DNA of 64,000 nucleotides from Acidobacteriota bacterium (GTDB taxonomy: Bacteria > Acidobacteriota > UBA890 > WLXD01). The translations under genes and the position numbers were made by a program. The DNA is taken from the NCBI GenBank assembly GCA_965248695.1, contig CBDFKD010000002.1, forward strand, positions 2,464,001 through 2,528,000. Direction: 5' to 3'. How positions within the stretch are numbered: the stretch's first letter is position 1; each line of letters starts with the position of its first letter. Shown here piece by piece: positions 61,154-64,000 of this stretch. The notes below the pieces were generated by a model. That model was not told the origin of the DNA. It saw only the letters and a program-made list of their open reading frames with translations, and made no database searches.

Positions 61154-62246
61154 TCAGGACTCGGCATCGAGGGTCTCGAACGCCCAACCGAGCAGCCGCT
61201 CGATGGTCCGCCAGTCGGCGTTCTCCCGGCGCATGTGGGACCCGGTGATCGCATACAGGACGTGGCGACCTCTGGCGGTCTCGCCGTAGCCGACGGCGGA
61301 CCCCATGCCCATGTCACTGCCGCCCTTGCCTCCCCAGTAGGCAAGCGGCACGTTGATGGCGGCGCGGTCGACGGCGTTGTCGCCGCGGGCCAGCGTTTTC
61401 CGCAGCTGAGTGTCCCAGCGGTCCGATAGGCCGTTGTCGAAGAAGAGGTGATGAAGAAACGTCACCAGCTCAAGGGGAGAGGCCACGTTGTCGATGTCGT
61501 CGAGAATCGCGAAGCTGGCCGGCTGATCGTAGTTGGCAAAGTCGTAGAAAACATCGACTGCTCGCTCGATCTCCTGACGAGAGAACCGCGCGCCTCCTTG
61601 ACGGAGTTCCTCGGCGACCTCGACCTGCTCGGAGCGCGGCAGCGCGGCGAAAGCGGCGGCCGCGTTCGGCAGATCGTCGGCTGGGAAGTTCCCTGGCAAC
61701 AAACCCGAGAGCCCGAGCCAGAACTCTCGCGTCGGCAGCACGATACGAACTTTGTGGAGCCCGAGCTCAGTGAGCCTCTGCGACGGCACTCCAAGCCCAA
61801 CAAGCTTGAACAGCACGTCGGTGGAGGTGTTGTGGCTGCGGGTGATCATGCGCTTGACGAGCTGGGCGACCTTCATGCGCTTCGGCACGCGCCCCCCGTC
61901 GAGTGAGTAGCTCGACTGCGGGATCTCGATTCGCTCGTTCCAGTCCAATGACCCCGCGTCGAGCTGGCGCATCACCTCCAGCAACACGAAGAGCTTGAAC
62001 GAGCTTGCCAGGGGATGGGACGCCGACTCGTTGTGGCGAAGAACCCGCAGGGGCTCGAACGCGTCGGCGCCCGGATCAACGGTCACGGCATAGAAACCAA
62101 TGCGGCCGCTGAAATCGTCGACGAAGGGGACTGCCTGCTGCGACCCCCCCCTGGTAGAGCCCCGCGGGTGCCTCAGGCCCGTACGTCGCCGCTCCTATTG
62201 GCACCGCGGTCATCGACAGCGCCAGCAGCAACGCCAGCGACATCAT
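61154..62246 (-). pseudogene. Class A beta-lactamase-like serine hydrolase frameshifted at a G8 tract
   Basis: ASSFK, SHN, KGG; signal peptide is in another frame; removing one base of 62144-62151 joins them. Confidence 0.75.
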
Positions 62247-62454
62247 CGGAAAACCGGGCGCGGGGCCGCGTCGGTCCAGCATTCTCACCTCGAGGTTCGT
62301 GCGCCGCGGGGTCAATCGATCCGGGCAGCTGGAAGACCGGACCGTGAGTCTGACACAAGCTACAGCGCGGCCTTCCTTCGACCTATATGCGCAGAAACGG
62401 CGTCGACTAGCTCATCGGGTCCGACGACGGCAAAGCACTCGCCCGCCGCGGCGG

Positions 62455-62835
62455 CTAGCGCTGAACGAACGCACCCGTATCCGGAAACTCGTCGGTGGCG
62501 GCAGCGTACGTGAACGGCGGCACCCTCACCCAGCTTCGGCCGGCAGTTCCGCCTATCTGCTTAGCCATTGCGGCGGGTACGACGGCACGAATCGCATCGT
62601 ACGGGAGCCGAACCTCGACCGCACCGTTGATCGCGACTTCTATTCCGGTCAGTTCTGTCAAACGACCAGTCCTGTTCTCCTCGAAGTACCAGAGTGTATG
62701 TCTGCCGTCGGTCGTGATCCCGACCTGCAGGTCCCGGGCTGCGAAACCCGAGCAGATCGATGTCGAGCCAGAAGGCCCACGTGTCGGCAGACGGTGCGGT
62801 GGCGGTCTCGATGACAACAAGCAGCTCTTCGAGTC
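62455..62835 (-). pseudogene. Probable degraded hypothetical gene fragment
   Basis: Protein-like sequence in two successive frames; no clear start. Confidence 0.3.
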
Positions 62836-62933
62836 AAGGCCCGAAACTGCTATCCCCCGCCCGGTGGGGGTCTGTACCGGGTCAACGCGACAACCAGCTC
62901 TCCCCCAACGGGTTGTCTCCCTCGCGGTCGCAG

Positions 62934-63386
62934 CTAGTCGAGCAGTTGCAGGCGCAAGCCGGCGAAGCGCCGGAAACCACGGTCGAAGGTGGTCAACACC
63001 ATGTTCTCGGCGATCGCGAAGGCCGCCAGATAGGCGTCTGTCCACAGGCCGGGTGAGCCCAGGCTCGCTTCAGTCGCTGTTCGCAGGATCTGTTCGAGCC
63101 CTTGCGGCTCATCTGCGAAGTGCACCGGCGCCTGATCAAGTAGCGCCTCGTAGTCGCTCCATGCCTGCAGCGGGTCACGTACTGACGACCCCATGACCGC
63201 GCCATTGGTCAGCAGCCGCAACAGTCCGAGCTGCGTCAAGCGGCAGAAGTGAACCGTGTCGCCCCGGGGGAGCACCTGATGTCGCCACCAGGCAATCGCT
63301 GCTTCATGATGCGGATGGGGCTGGAGTACGGTCGCGAGCCACAGGTTCACGTCAGCGAGAATCGGGCGGGGGGGAGATGCGCTCAA
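62934..63386 (-). CDS. vapC: VapC PIN-domain toxin
   Basis: LADVNLW, GLLRLLTN, WTDAYLAAFA, TFDRGF; GGAGGAG before TTG. Confidence 0.92.
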   Translation of the reverse strand: MSASPPRPILADVNLWLATVLQPHPHHEAAIAWWRHQVLPRGDTVHFCRLTQLGLLRLLTNGAVMGSSVRDPLQAWSDYEALLDQAPVHFADEPQGLEQILRTATEASLGSPGLWTDAYLAAFAIAENMVLTTFDRGFRRFAGLRLQLLD

Positions 63387-63663
63387 GCTCCTCCTTCTCC
63401 AGGATCTCGTGTAGATGCTCGGGCGTAAGGTCTCGCAGGTCCGGGCCACCCGGCCCCTGGATCAGAGGAAAGACACAATCCTCGGCCAGCCGCTGAGCAC
63501 CGCGATCGCCGTACTCCGGCGCCCGTTCCGCGAGATGCATCCGGCCGTCGAGGGCAGCGCGCAGGGACTCCGAAACGAAGTCCTTGAGCTTCATGCCGCG
63601 CAACGCGGCCTCGGACTTGGCTCGTCTGAGCAGCCCCTCCGGCAGATCGATGGTCGTTCGCAT
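63352..63663 (-). CDS. vapB: VapB-like RHH antitoxin
   Basis: MRTTIDLPEGLLRRAK; overlaps toxin start. Confidence 0.85.
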   Translation of the reverse strand: MRTTIDLPEGLLRRAKSEAALRGMKLKDFVSESLRAALDGRMHLAERAPEYGDRGAQRLAEDCVFPLIQGPGGPDLRDLTPEHLHEILEKEELERISPPPDSR

Positions 63664-63671
63664 GGGAGCAT

Positions 63672-63695
63672 TTTGATGCATTTGATGTTTTGATG
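63672..63695. promoter_or_regulatory. Triple TTTGATG repeat, candidate TA operator
   Basis: Copies at 63672, 63681, 63689 just upstream of the antitoxin ATG. Confidence 0.55.
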
Positions 63696-63736
63696 CAACC
63701 TCGCAAGAGGACGCACGAAAGCTGCACGCTCGCGGG

Positions 63737-64000
63737 TCAACGGTCCTTGAACTTCCGATCGGGCAGTCCTCGCACGCCGTCGGGAACGACCTGATAGACG
63801 CCGCCCGCCTCGGGCGTTCGGGCCAGCTCTTCATCGTTCATCTGTTGCCGCGCCGACGTGATGTACAGCTGGTCGAGGTCAGGTCCGCCAAAGGCCACGC
63901 AGGTCGGGTTCTTCGCCGGCACGGCAATCTCACGATCGATGCTGCCCTGTGGTGTGTAGCGTCGCACTATGGCGCCACGCCACTCGGCATTCCACAGGCA
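63737..64000 (-). CDS. SMP-30/gluconolactonase family, 3' part
   Basis: PTCVAFGGPDLDQLYITSA. Confidence 0.9.
   Translation of the reverse strand, partial: CLWNAEWRGAIVRRYTPQGSIDREIAVPAKNPTCVAFGGPDLDQLYITSARQQMNDEELARTPEAGGVYQVVPDGVRGLPDRKFKDR

Overview
GC-rich bacterial DNA. The gene repertoire (Hanks kinase with a TolB-like propeller, PQQ/BamB-like propellers, S9 and tricorn peptidases, many exported enzymes) suggests Acidobacteriota or a similar heterotroph; this is inference only. The main signal lies in 1-15155: an intact tRNA-Arg(TCT) at 15082-15155 is preceded by four exact copies of its 5' 39 nt (1463, 4253, 9309, 12537), each ending at the last base of the anticodon loop. These delimit a tandem array of 2.5-5 kb cargo cassettes with no integrase in the window. 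Each cassette has matched left and right arms from one of two families (paired GGGCACA or paired TTGGCA motifs plus 10-bp-periodic tracts). Several cassettes keep only the terminal stubs of a Ser/Thr kinase gene around unrelated cargo. Short terminal remnants of genes that are intact elsewhere in the window (kinase, Rieske oxygenase, M24 hydrolase, SpdH-like) also occur in many intergenic spaces. The rest encodes catabolic and exported enzymes, argG-argH, a kal-like lyase with an acyl-CoA ligase, a frameshifted beta-lactamase-like gene and a VapBC pair. All comparisons were made by eye; no database searches were run.
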